NCBI RefSeq assembly: GCF_902652985.1
Contig: NC_047018.1
Coordinates: forward strand, 17,670,001-17,734,000
Source of the DNA: Pecten maximus
Taxonomy: Eukaryota
Direction: 5' to 3'
Length of the DNA stretch: 64,000 nucleotides
How positions within the stretch are numbered: the stretch's first letter is position 1; the number at the start of each line of letters is the position of its first letter. Below are positions 39,334 through 50,771 of this stretch, piece by piece. Under the pieces are notes generated by a model, which worked only from the letters and a program-made list of their open reading frames with translations, was not told the origin of the DNA and ran no database searches. Both the position numbers and the translations under genes were made by a program.

Positions 39334-39833
39334 NNNNNNNNNNNNNNNNNNNNNNNNNNNNNNNNNNNNNNNNNNNNNNNNNNNNNNNNNNNNNNNNNNN
39401 NNNNNNNNNNNNNNNNNNNNNNNNNNNNNNNNNNNNNNNNNNNNNNNNNNNNNNNNNNNNNNNNNNNNNNNNNNNNNNNNNNNNNNNNNNNNNNNNNNNN
39501 NNNNNNNNNNNNNNNNNNNNNNNNNNNNNNNNNNNNNNNNNNNNNNNNNNNNNNNNNNNNNNNNNNNNNNNNNNNNNNNNNNNNNNNNNNNNNNNNNNNN
39601 NNNNNNNNNNNNNNNNNNNNNNNNNNNNNNNNNNNNNNNNNNNNNNNNNNNNNNNNNNNNNNNNNNNNNNNNNNNNNNNNNNNNNNNNNNNNNNNNNNNN
39701 NNNNNNNNNNNNNNNNNNNNNNNNNNNNNNNNNNNNNNNNNNNNNNNNNNNNNNNNNNNNNNNNNNNNNNNNNNNNNNNNNNNNNNNNNNNNNNNNNNNN
39801 NNNNNNNNNNNNNNNNNNNNNNNNNNNNNNNNN
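39334..39833. other. Assembly gap (500 N)
   Basis: Run of exactly 500 N. Order and orientation across it cannot be verified from the sequence. Confidence 1.
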
Positions 39834-40984
39834 ATAAATGTCCATGTTTGTAAAATATTACATATATTCACTAACCTACATGATTACCACTTAGCTTAGG
39901 TATACCTATCTACCTACATGTACATATATACAAAATTGATTTTCTCAAAGAAATCAAAATTATATCACAAAATTATTGATATGATTTCTGAAAGCACTGA
40001 TGCAAAAAATACAGATGTAAGTAATATATATATATATTTCTTTTTTAATTTAAATTAATATAAATTAAAATGCAAAAATTATGTGAATTTTTGTAAATAT
40101 TCAGAAAACCTGTAGCGTACGTACTAGCTACCAAAAGTTGTAGATAAGTCATGATCACTTGATAAAATACAAGAAACCACAGTGACTGTAAAAAATATGA
40201 TTGACACTGTATCGATGCATTACTGGTCTCAATCATATGAATGTTTTATCGTGTTTTACTAGACGATACCTCAAGCCGCCAATTTTAAAATTGAAATTAA
40301 TCGGTAAAGCATGACTTCAAATGTAAAATGATCTCATAATGAAAATCGAATCATTGAATGATGTCTTACAAATATTTGCTGTTTGTTCAGATTTTAATAT
40401 CTTCACACCACAATGGTGGTGAACACAAAATACAGAAATAAGATTAACACAATCTTCACTATAAATCAGCACACATACTGTTGTATGTAACATTTCATTA
40501 CATTTAGCTAGGTCGCTTTCTGTAAACAGGTAAAGGGAGGTAACTTCATAGTTAAAAATAAATCTACGTCAATAGAGACCTTAAAAAATAAATACAAAAA
40601 AAAAAAAAAATGAAAGAAAATAAAATAAAATATACGGAAAGAAAGGCAACACGGCTTGAATGAATAATTATTGAAAAATTTCAATATTTTGAAAGAAATT
40701 GTCTACATTTCAACAATACCTGCACAGGAGGACCTCCGACACTTTTGTAGTATGTATAGACAGATGAAACAAAAGTTTAATTCAGTCAGAATTTACACTT
40801 TTATCAGATATATAATCAATACTATCTCAAACCAATCATATTTAAACAGATGTAAAATTTGACATTCAGTTAAATGCTATACAATATCTATATACCATGA
40901 GTATAATCAATAAAAACAAAAACATTATCACAACTGTATAATCTTCAATTCAACTTGATCCCAGATATGCATGTGGCAACATGG

Positions 40985-41119
40985 CACCATAGGTGCTTAG
41001 CACGTTTATAAGTCTAAGACCGATTATAGACTAATCTCTATAGACCGATTATAGACTAATATATAGAGATTAGTCTATAATCGGTCTTGGACTTATAAAC
41101 GTGCTAATCACCTATGGTG
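40985..41119. repeat. Palindromic MITE-like hairpin
   Basis: caccataggtg.ttagcacgtttataagtc.aagaccgattatagactaatctcta followed by its near-perfect reverse complement. Confidence 0.85.
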
Positions 41120-41178
41120 ACACCATGGCTTGATTCTGTTTACTTTCTGAGACGGCATTAAATGTCAATTTTGTCCCA

Positions 41179-41403
41179 TTTGGTTTGGTTTGTTTTTGTT
41201 TAACATCCTATTAACAGCCAGTGTCATTTAAGGATGTGCCAGGTTTGGAGGTGGAGGAAAGCCGGAGTACCCGGAGAAAAACCACCGGCCTACGGTCAGT
41301 ACCTGGCAACTGCCCCACGTAGGTTTCGAACTCGCAACCAAGAAGTGGAGGGCTAGTGTTAAAGTGTCGGTACATCTTAACCACTCAGCCACCGCGGCCC
41401 CCT
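41179..41403 (-). mobile_element. tRNA-derived SINE, copy 3
   Basis: Same family as the other two copies. Perfect 11-bp TSD attttgtccca (41168-41178, 41404-41414). Confidence 0.92.
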
Positions 41404-41699
41404 ATTTTGTCCCAGATTTTTATGCTGCCTCATTTAAATATGACATGCCGGTGACAAGCAGACTTGGCAGACGGCACAAAAAAATGGAAGAATCAAGTGT
41501 TCCCATAGAAAATTTTATTGACTGAACTAGACTCTGACATACTTTCATCAGCGTCATTTATACCACTATGAACTACTGGAATGAACCATAAGGTTTTGTG
41601 ACTGAGATCAGTTTTCATGAATGAATAAAATAGATTTGTGTACCGGATATAGATACAGTAGCTACCTCTAGTATACAGTAAGTCTCTATCAGGATTACC

Positions 41700-42080
41700 C
41701 CACAATAAGCCCATGCCAGTTAAATAAACCCATGTCAGGTAATAAGTCCATGTCGGGTAATAAGTCCATATGTCTGGTAATAAGCCCATGTCTTGTAATA
41801 AGCCCATGTCTGGTTATAAGCCAATACCTGGTTATAAGCCAAAACTTGGTAATAACCCCAAACTTGGTAATAACCCCAAACTTGGTAATAACCCCAAACT
41901 TGGTAATAACCCCAAAACTTTAGGTAATAACACCAATTGTGGTAGTAACCCCAAACTTGGTAATAACCCCAAACTTGGTAGTAACCCCAAACTTGGTAGT
42001 AACCCCAAACTTGGTAATAACCCCAAAACTTTAGGTAATAACACCAAACTTGGTTATAACCCCAAACTTGGTTATAAGCC
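41700..42080. repeat. Minisatellite, 18-bp unit
   Basis: ggtaataagcccatgtct grading into ggtaataaccccaaactt. Confidence 0.9.
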
Positions 42081-43217
42081 TGTACTTGTCTATTGTAGTT
42101 CATTGAACATTCTAACAAATGCTGTAATCATAATTTTCTGGCAATAAATTTAAATCCACTCCATTCTTCAAGTTAAAGTTGATGTGTTGCCCCCCTTGGG
42201 CTTATCACCGGACAGATACCACAGCTTAGTCACATATATAATTGTGGGGAAATATTCTCACCTGCTAGATTACAAGTTCACAAATCAAACTAAGTTGGCA
42301 ATAATATACAATTCTATCACATCCAATTAAAAACATCTTTTATACAGTTCATCATAAAATGGACTTTTATAATGGAAACACACTCTACATATGTGATTAT
42401 ATATTTTTATATATTTCTGTATTTTGAACTATATATGTATAATTTGTCAGTCATAATGATAACATAATCTCACAAACAGATTAAGTGATAAGTTATCATT
42501 CATTCAAAATTCTTACAGAAATACATTCAAAAATCCATTCCATGCATACTTAATGCCTTAAAAATGATGAGAAGGTGATAAGTATAGATAATCCGGAATC
42601 TTTATTCTTTCCTGGGGTCATCATCAATCCTTTCCAAACCAGAAGTCCTCGCTCCATTTTCTAGGTATTATCATGACAGACAGAAGTCTGTAGCCCTATT
42701 CTGTATCTCTATGTATTGTGTCTGGAAGTTAGATGAAGAACAGACATTTCCTAATTGATTAAAAGGTACTTTATACCAGACTCAGAAGTCAGTCCTGTCC
42801 TATATACCGAATCACAGATCCGGAGTCAATTTCCATATTGATAAGAAGTTAGGTCTAAAGCGAATGGTCTTTTGTTTTCTGAATCACAATTCTTCAGTCC
42901 ACTTCCAGATTTACCAGCATATACTGTCTCAAAGAATTGTGAGTCCGGGACAGATATCTCCTCGGACTCGTAAATCTTCTGTCAATCAAAATACTTTACA
43001 ACAGAGAAGCTAGCTACATATAGACATGTACCAGCCCCACCTGATATGTACATTATAACCCAAATGCGACATTGTCTTTCTCCAAGTATCACAGCACAGG
43101 TAACGAGACCCCGTCCCTGAAGATGTTGAGTCAGCGTTTTGATGTTGATGAGTCAGCGTTTTGATGTTGACGATATTATATAACTGTCATCATAAGTTTG
43201 CCATCCACATCGACATT

Positions 43218-43441
43218 TCAGCCTCGAGGGGACAAATCCTCAGTCCGCCATTGCAGGAGTGTGTTTATAATGTCCGAGTAATGGGCAAAGAAGACTGACC
43301 GGTTGTAGGAAATGAGACGTAAAAACTGACCGCAGACCTGGCCTAATTCTTCCTCCACGACAGAAAACCCCACCGGCATCTGTAAAGGCTTTGTATGCTT
43401 CTTGGAAATTATCTGTTTGATAAATTCCTTTAATCTCTTGG
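43218..43441 (-). CDS. TCP11L1: T-complex protein 11-like (TCP11L1/L2 family), terminal coding exon
   Basis: tttcag acceptor. Encodes AKRLKEFIKQ...PVGFSVVEEELGQVCGQFLRLISYNRSVFFAHYSDIINTLL...stop, matching the TCP11-family C-terminal pattern (F.RL..YN..VF..Y..I). Phase matches the upstream exon. The paralog assignment is uncertain. Confidence 0.85.
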
Positions 43442-44580
43442 CTGAAATTGAAAGAAAATTCAAATATAGTCATATTTTCTTTTTCTAAAATCATTATGAC
43501 AACCATAAAATCATTTAGTAAAACCGGTTGTTTTAGAATTATTTTCCAAAATTTGATAATTCTGTTTCCTTCAAGTGGACCCTTAAAACGGGACAGAGCA
43601 TTTCTTTCAAAAATCTTTCTTTCACATTAATAACTGTAAATCACATAAATTTTGTGAGGGATTTATTTTCGTGTTAATTATTTGTATGAAATTAAAACCT
43701 TCAGATGACGGCCCAGCTATTGCTTATCTAAAAGCTTATCACTAGCAAATTTAAAGTCATTTCTACTTCAGTTTTCACGAAATCGTGTATTTGCGAATAT
43801 GACTGAAAAGTTAACCTCATGAAATTAAAAATTTGCAAAATCTACGTGATTTAAAGTACTTCCTACAAGATCTGGTTGAAAAAAGTCTTGTGGTTACTTA
43901 AGGTCAAGTAAATAAAGACAGAAGATACGTGATAGACAAATAACAATGGAACATATTGTATAATAAGGCCATGCCTAGTAATAAGCCCACCTATGTATAT
44001 TGGAGTTCATTGGACTCGTCCGATACCAAACAAATACCATTTCATTGTCCTATAATTAATTTTTCTTTGTTTTCATGGTAAATACTCAAATGTGATTGGT
44101 CGAAAAATTCTTTCATTCTTCTATGAAAGAAATTCCGAGAATGGTGCGAAAAATATGACGTCACAATACGACAATTGACGTTGCGTATTGATTTGAGAAA
44201 AAGAATCCCATTTAAAACCAGTAAAATTGCACATAAAACATGTTGTAAATTAGAAAATCATTTTCAAAAATTAATTATAAGCGTTGATGCCAATTTTTTT
44301 ATGCGGATTCATATAGTTTGCAAACAAAATTTATTTCATACCCCGATGAAACTAAAAGAAAATGACATCAATGCTTAAATGAATCAGAAGAAAAATCTCA
44401 ACAGGCAGGGGGTGGGTTATTCTAGTTTTATTAGGTAGTTGGCCGATTCCTAATAAAAACTATAAGAACTTTACCTCCTGCCTGTTGAGATTGTCTCTAC
44501 TTGATCATAATTTATTCTACATATTAAATCCCCTGCATACCCCCGGGTATCCAGATGGAAGGTGAAGGACACATTAATTC

Positions 44581-45010
44581 CAATCTAATTAAAATCTAGA
44601 TGGTCATTCTCACTACGTTACATGAACATCTAACGACATCGCATAAGGGGTCACCTTCTGATGACCTTTGAAATGTGTGTATTTCACTTTCAGGGCGAAT
44701 TGTCAATTTTTCGATATCATCGGAGCAAAATATTTCGTCACAGCTGCATCAGAAGCAAACCATTTCGGCACAGCATGTATATATAGCTATATGCTTTGTG
44801 GGACGAAATGACTTGAAACAAATAGACAGATTATGCAAGCTATGTATTCTAGTCATGATAACTCGGACATATAAAATTCACTTCCAAGATTCTGGAAGTA
44901 GTCATTTGATTGGCTAATCCAAAAGGTCACCCTGACGTGACCCCTTATGGGATGTTGATAGATGTTCATGTAACTTAGTGAGAATGAGCATCTAGATTTT
45001 AATTAGATTG
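44581..45010. mobile_element. MITE with ~75-bp TIRs and 9-bp TSD (Mutator/MULE-like), intronic
   Basis: TIR caatctaattaaaatctagatg.... TSD cattaattc at 44572-44580 and 45011-45019. Confidence 0.85.
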
Positions 45011-45366
45011 CATTAATTCACTACTCGAGGGATGATATTGGCTCTATTCCTAATACATATTTCATTGTCCTATAATAGCCTCACTTTCTGATACAGAGTC
45101 AGAGGTTGTAATTGCATCTTGTACTTATTGCAGTGTACTTGTGGGCAAGGAGAGTTGAAAACAATATGAGTCTAACATTAAAGGAATATGTTTAAAGTTT
45201 TATAAGACACCATTTCTGTGTTTCAAGAGCTTCATTAACCCTGTAGACTACCAATGATTCATTGGTAAATATCTGAGATAAATAAAAAAAAAAAAATGAA
45301 GATCGCAAAATTTTTGACTCGCAAAAATAACCAGCTCTACGATAATACATGGTACGCTACACTCAC

Positions 45367-45533
45367 CGACTAGTTTGTATACAGGGTGGTCATGGCTCGA
45401 CACTTGCTGAATCTGACCGGTCAGCATCGCCTGCTGGTCAGTCCCCCATTCCTTAAACCCATGTTCTGGCAGGTACTCTCGCACCGACTTGTTGATCTGT
45501 TCCGCTACATTGATCATCTTGTCATTTAGGTCA
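45367..45533 (-). CDS. TCP11L1: TCP11-like, penultimate coding exon
   Basis: Bounded by ttccag and G|gtgagt. Encodes DLNDKMINVAEQINKSVREYL...QQAMLTGQIQQVSSHDHPVYKLV. Confidence 0.85.
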
Positions 45534-45977
45534 CTGGAATATTTAAATATCAAAGGTCAAAAGTCAAGTCATTAAAATTCAAATAACAAAGGTCAAAAGA
45601 GTTGAATCATGAAAAATTTAAAGTTGCAAAGTGAAAGATTTTTACAGGTCATGTAAACATTAGATTTTCTCATCTACAGCTAACCTGCTTTCTCGGGGCT
45701 TTCGGTATTTTATATAAAGAACCACATATCAAACATTATAAGAAAACCTGCCAAGTTGTCTAGCAAAAGAAGTGGACTAATGGAAGCTGTAGATACTGTA
45801 ATAATTACACAAATATGCCCCTTCTTTATTTTTGCAGAATTATTAATCATGAAACAGTTAGCTTAAAGTCGTAGACAAATAAGCCCTTCCAAACTTGAAT
45901 TCTGAACTTTTGCACAGGGGGAGAGAGATTTTATGAGGATAAATATGTTATACAAATGAGCTCTTTAAAGAGCATAT

Positions 45978-46370
45978 TAGAGCTGTGTATCGCAAGGTGG
46001 GTAGCGATACGATTCGTATCATGATACAGGGGTCATGATACGATATATGAGAAGCTGATGACCTATCAGATATCTGGTATTCCATTGTACAGTAGTCATG
46101 TTTTGTTTGTGGTATTTCCGGAATATTTGAGTCTTTGTCTATATTTGTCACAAAACATACGTTTTGTACGTACGTTTCCCACAAAGCGTTCTTGAATTTA
46201 GATAATTTGGATTTAAAAGAACTCCAACAGGCAGCTTTATAAGCTGCTGGAATTGCCTTGTCAGCCATGTTGGTTACTACAAAACGTATGCTAACGTTGG
46301 TCAAGGGAGATAACTACACATTTTCAAGAATCGAGATACAAATCAAGGATAGACGATGCATCGATGCACC
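45978..46370 (+). mobile_element. One-sided remnant of a small DNA element with gatacga-rich subterminal repeats, cut by the LTR
   Basis: Begins tagagctgtgtatcg with cgatac/gtatc motifs. No matching inverted end or continuation was seen beyond the retrotransposon. Confidence 0.45.
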
Positions 46371-47493
46371 TGTTGCCGCCCAGCCCGTAAGGCTAGAGAA
46401 AACAACTTTTTGTGGATCTTTTGTCCCCAGTTGTTAAACAGACCAGAACAGACAAACAAAGACAGATATAAATTTAAAGCATTTATTAACAAGCACAATC
46501 AACAAATATACAATGTATAGTTACCCCTAATGCCTCATTTAATAGGCTTACCCCTAGAAATATACAGTAACTAATAATGCACAGTCATAGTGAAGGTGCA
46601 AGGCAAGTCCTCAGAAGGTGCACTGTGAAGGTGCTACCAGACCGTGAAGGTGCTACCTACTCTGAAGGTGCAATCAGTGAAGGTGCTACCAAGCATAGAA
46701 TGGTGCTACAGTGTCTACTAAGGTGCATTATTGGCCTTAAGATATTCATATACCATAAGGTTTACATAATAAATACATAAATAATAGTAAATTGATTGAC
46801 TGAATAGTTATAACTCCATACACGCGACCGTACACATCTTCCTGAAGGTGCAACCAAGTCTGAAGGTGCTGCTAAGTCTGAAGGTGCTATTTAGCACAAC
46901 TTATATATATATATTCAGCACTGGGATCATACAGTAAATTGTCTGTCCAACAGCATTATGTTCTCCTGCTGGGTATTTACCTCGGCTGCCATAGCTATGC
47001 ATACAATCTGGTTCAATCTGGTTCAGCTATCAGCTACAGGGACGTGGGCTACCGTTCACGACAGAATGCCACTCTGTGCTGGCTGTCACCGCTATTTATG
47101 CACTGTGTGACGTCACAAATCTGTAGACGTCACACCCATTCAATTTCCCGCGCTCGTTGACTCTCAATACTGTCAGCCAATCAGCAGCGTTGTTACAACA
47201 GTTAGGCAAATGCTCTTGAATCCCGGCGATGTTTACGAAGAACAACTCTCCTTGTTTACGATGCAAAAACCGCTATTTTCTGATGAAATACAGACTGCTA
47301 CATCGTAATTATGATCAATAGGTATGTGTTATGTGTTCAAGAACCGTTAGTTTTAATAGTCTTGTATCGTCAATACGTATAATGAATATAACAGCGGAGA
47401 ATCGGACTCGTGTGCAAACAGCTGGCTGCGCCATATTGTTTTGCTGTCTCGGACATGTGGTCGGGAACAGACTGCACTGCCGTGTGTGTAACA
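46371..47493 (-). repeat. 3' LTR (1123 bp)
   Basis: TGTTACAC...GCGGCAACA on the minus strand. Direct repeat of 55982-57109. Confidence 0.97.
46482..46487 (-). terminator. Putative poly(A) signal AATAAA in the 3' LTR
   Basis: AATAAA on the element strand ~110 nt from the LTR end, followed by GT/T-rich sequence. Confidence 0.6.
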
Positions 47494-47506
47494 TTGCCCC
47501 CTTCTT
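47494..47506 (-). promoter_or_regulatory. Polypurine tract
   Basis: AAGAAGGGGGCAA immediately before the 3' LTR TG. Confidence 0.9.
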
Positions 47507-49185
47507 AAGAATTGGCTTTGGTCTCCAAAGAGGTAAGTGGTCGGTATTATTCATTATATTATTCTGACTGACACATGTCAATGATGTATATCATAATTTG
47601 AGCACCCAGTCGTTTCATCAATCCAACCACGTGTTTATACCAGTCAGTCAAATTCACACATTTCCATGTCCGACCGCTCACCATGCTTGGTTGTCACGTG
47701 TATTTCATTGCACAGTCTGTCTCAGCAATAATAAATGTCATGGTATGCCCATGACCATTTGTGAAATAGATATATCTACTGAAGTACATGTTACATAATA
47801 TAATTTGCAATTTTATTATAAAAGTCACTGGATAGTCAGTGAAATAACCATTCTGTACATGGAAATAGAAATTATGAGATTGTTCCATTCCCAAAAACAT
47901 ACATGTACATATATGTAGATATATCTACTGGCAAAGCAATAAAAACTTGACTGCCATATAAAATACCATATTTAATATTGGTACAAATTTGCAATATTAA
48001 TGATCATCAGCTTTCAATTGTCATCAGTTAAGATCATAATCAATAAGACAAAGGATTATTGATCATTAAAAATTGAGACAAAATTCATAACATGCTTAAT
48101 GCAAATTACTTAACATAAAAAAAATATTTAACAGACTGTACACCTTAGTTCAGTTCTAACACAATAATTTGAAAATATATTACTTTTACCTTGATAATGG
48201 TATTGTACATACTTTAAAAATATAAATATATATATTACTTTTACCTTGATGTACAAAAATAGTAGCAATTATTAAATTACTGATTTGAGTAAAAAAATAG
48301 ATAATATCTTAATTCAAAAACACTCAGTCTGGCGCTCTTGAAACTGTCAACATATACATGTATGACTCTGCTAAGTATAAATATTTTAGCTGCATGTATT
48401 CAAAGTATATATATATATATATATATGCTGTATTCATAATGTGATATATGATGCTCCTGAGTCCTGATTTCCAAGTATTTTCTTAATTTTCTTTCAGTTG
48501 TTGGAGGTTCTGGAACAGGCTGCTACAAAGCACCTCAGCTCGGGTTAAAACTCAGCAACTTGTTATGACGGTAATGACCACAGGTGTATTCAGGGTTATA
48601 CTCAACTTATAGGTATCACAATTGCAAGTCCTCATGCAGGAATCAGGAAGTTCACATATATATCTCCATCAGTCTCCTGAGGGGTAATTTTACAATATGT
48701 AACATAAATTTACAATATGTGTCCTGCATGTCCTATGACTGCTATATCAAAAATGTATGTACTTAATTAAAGATACATTATATGATCCATAGTTACATGA
48801 ATCTAAGTTAATACACACACCATGTGTTATATATTACAACCATACATTACTAGTCATTAGTTTTAAGCTATTTCACTGATATATATATAGTGACAATAAT
48901 ACTAATGTCATATTAAGTCTCCTGAAAAGACTAACATTCTCACATTTCCATATATTATATTAAGTAATTGTTCAATTAGATAAATAGAAAGAAACAGACT
49001 TTGTGAAATGCAGAAGTATAAGATCTGTTTGTTGATCTGTAGAATTATATAGTAGTCTGGTAAAAATAAAACCATTAATTTAAGCCTACAATTAAAGTTT
49101 CAATAAATATAAAATTGTGTATTTTCTTAATCTATTGAGGCTGGAATCTACTTTGCTACAATCTATAATTTGTTTTCTACTATTT

Positions 49186-50703
49186 CTATAGGAGAGAAGA
49201 TATTCTCAAGTCCAGGACATCATGGAGATGACTCAGCTGGTAGTAGTCAGCCTCCATCTGGAGTTCTCTCAGGAAATGGATGTCCGTGGGAAGGGTCTCC
49301 ATGTTTACCCTCATCCTGTTCCGATAATAATTTAGGATAAATCTAAAATGTGAGTAATCACGATCGATAAAATATGTATAAACTCCCTCCACAGAATACG
49401 GTTTGATTCCGAGTTTCTTCTGCACCATTCTGTGAAGAAGACTATTGGGAACTTCTGCCAAAGTTGTCGCTGATGTCTCGAACCTCTTCCCGCCTACATT
49501 TAATATAATTCGTTTGTTCTGTGATCTTCTAAGTTGTTCCATTCGTCTATCTCTTACCACTGCCCCCTCCGTTCTACTACTACTGCTATGACTTCTTTCT
49601 CTGCTACTACCATGACTAGAGCCTCTGCTGCTGCTTCTGCTCCTACTGTCTCCGCTACTGTCTCTACTACTGCTTCTACTACTTCCTCTACTGACTTGTT
49701 CCTCTGTAACTGTCACCTCCTCTATCTCGCCTAAATCGTCTATCTCCAACTGATTCATATCCCCATTCTTTGTCTCCTCCCTCTCCTTCTCCTGTATGAC
49801 AGCCTCCTCTATCTCCTGTCTTCTTTCTTCTTGCTGTTTCCTCTCCTCCTGTCTTTCCTCTTGTCTCTCCTTGTCTTGTCTCTCCTTCTCCTGTCTCTCT
49901 TTCTCTTGTCTCTCCTTCTCCTGTCTCTCCTTCTCCTGTCTCTCCTTCTCCTGTCTCTCCTTCTCCTGTGTCTCCTTCTCCTGTCTCTCCTTCTCCTGTG
50001 TCTCCTTCTCCTGTCTCTCCTTTTCCTGTCTTTCCTTCTCTTGTCTTTCCTTCTCTTGTCTCTCCTTCTCTTGTCTCTCCTTCTCTTGTCTCTCCTTCTC
50101 TTGTCTCTCCTTCCCCTGTCTTTCTTTTTCCTGTCTTTCCTTCTCTTGTCTCTCCTTTTCCAGTCTCTTTTTTTTCTTCCTTCTCTCCTGTCTCTCTTTT
50201 TCTTGTCTCTCCTTGTCTAGTCTCTCCTTGTCTTGTCTCTCCTCCACCTTTTGTGGGCTCTCTTCCTTTTCTTTCTTTTCATTTCCGTGTTTCCCATCAT
50301 CAATCCTCTGCACTTTGTTACTGTCTATGACTTCCAGACTTTCCCTGCTGATCTCCCTTTTCCTTTTTTCTGTCTTCTGATGGCTTATTGTTCTGTTCTC
50401 AGTTGACTGGTTTGGTTTTCCAGCAACAGTGGTAATCAGTTGGACGGTGGACCTCAGGAACCTATTGTACTCATCATCGACCCCTGGACCACTCGTCATA
50501 TCTGCCCTCCTGACCAGGGTCATCTCGGGGAGTTTCCCGTCTTTGCAGCATTGATGCTTCGATGTTGACCGATTAAATAGCAGCTTGCATCTCTGGCACT
50601 TCCAAGCAAAGCCGGAGTGCTGCTCCAGCATATGTCGCTTGGCCAGGTATTTGGCACGGAAACGATAAGTATTATCACACAGGCTGCAGGAAAACATGCA
50701 CTC
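49186..50703 (-). CDS. Retrotransposon accessory ORF3: two zinc fingers, (KERQE)n charged helix, Ser/Arg-rich tract, KCTD/Kv-T1-type BTB/POZ domain
   Basis: Intact frame of 505 codons after a strong acceptor (cctcctacttttttttattgcag|GAG). CSLC-x12-RHMLEQH (C2H2) and CQRC..KHQC. BTB motifs IILNVGGKRFETSATTL, YFIDRDYSHFRFILNYYR, LQMEADYYQL. Confidence 0.9.
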   Translation of the reverse strand, partial: ECMFSCSLCDNTYRFRAKYLAKRHMLEQHSGFAWKCQRCKLLFNRSTSKHQCCKDGKLPEMTLVRRADMTSGPGVDDEYNRFLRSTVQLITTVAGKPNQSTENRTISHQKTEKRKREISRESLEVIDSNKVQRIDDGKHGNEKKEKEESPQKVEERQDKERLDKERQEKERQERRKKKKRLEKERQEKERQEKERQGKERQEKERQEKERQEKERQEKERQEKERQEKERQEKETQEKERQEKETQEKERQEKERQEKERQEKERQEKERQEKERQDKERQEERQEERKQQEERRQEIEEAVIQEKEREETKNGDMNQLEIDDLGEIEEVTVTEEQVSRGSSRSSSRDSSGDSRSRSSSRGSSHGSSRERSHSSSSRTEGAVVRDRRMEQLRRSQNKRIILNVGGKRFETSATTLAEVPNSLLHRMVQKKLGIKPYSVEGVYTYFIDRDYSHFRFILNYYRNRMRVNMETLPTDIHFLRELQMEADYYQLSHLHDVLDLRISSLL

Positions 50704-50771
50704 CTGCAATAAAAAAAAGTAGGAGGAACTAAGCTATGATGAAATAATCGTTTTACTCGATATATAAGTTT

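Noticed and set aside
39290-39871. ORFs spanning poly-X
   Set aside because: Artefacts of the N gap.
44060-44380. Possible Crypton-like non-autonomous repeat (also ~35990-36540, with an 18-bp inverted pair)
   Set aside because: Ends and family cannot be defined from a single copy.
48490-48730. Fourth gene or exon inside the retrotransposon 3' region
   Set aside because: The frames I examined close within a few dozen codons and show no motif.
49796-50380. Plus-strand hydrophobic SCLSF/LLLSL ORFs as env or a membrane protein
   Set aside because: Antisense shadows of the KERQE repeat in ORF3.
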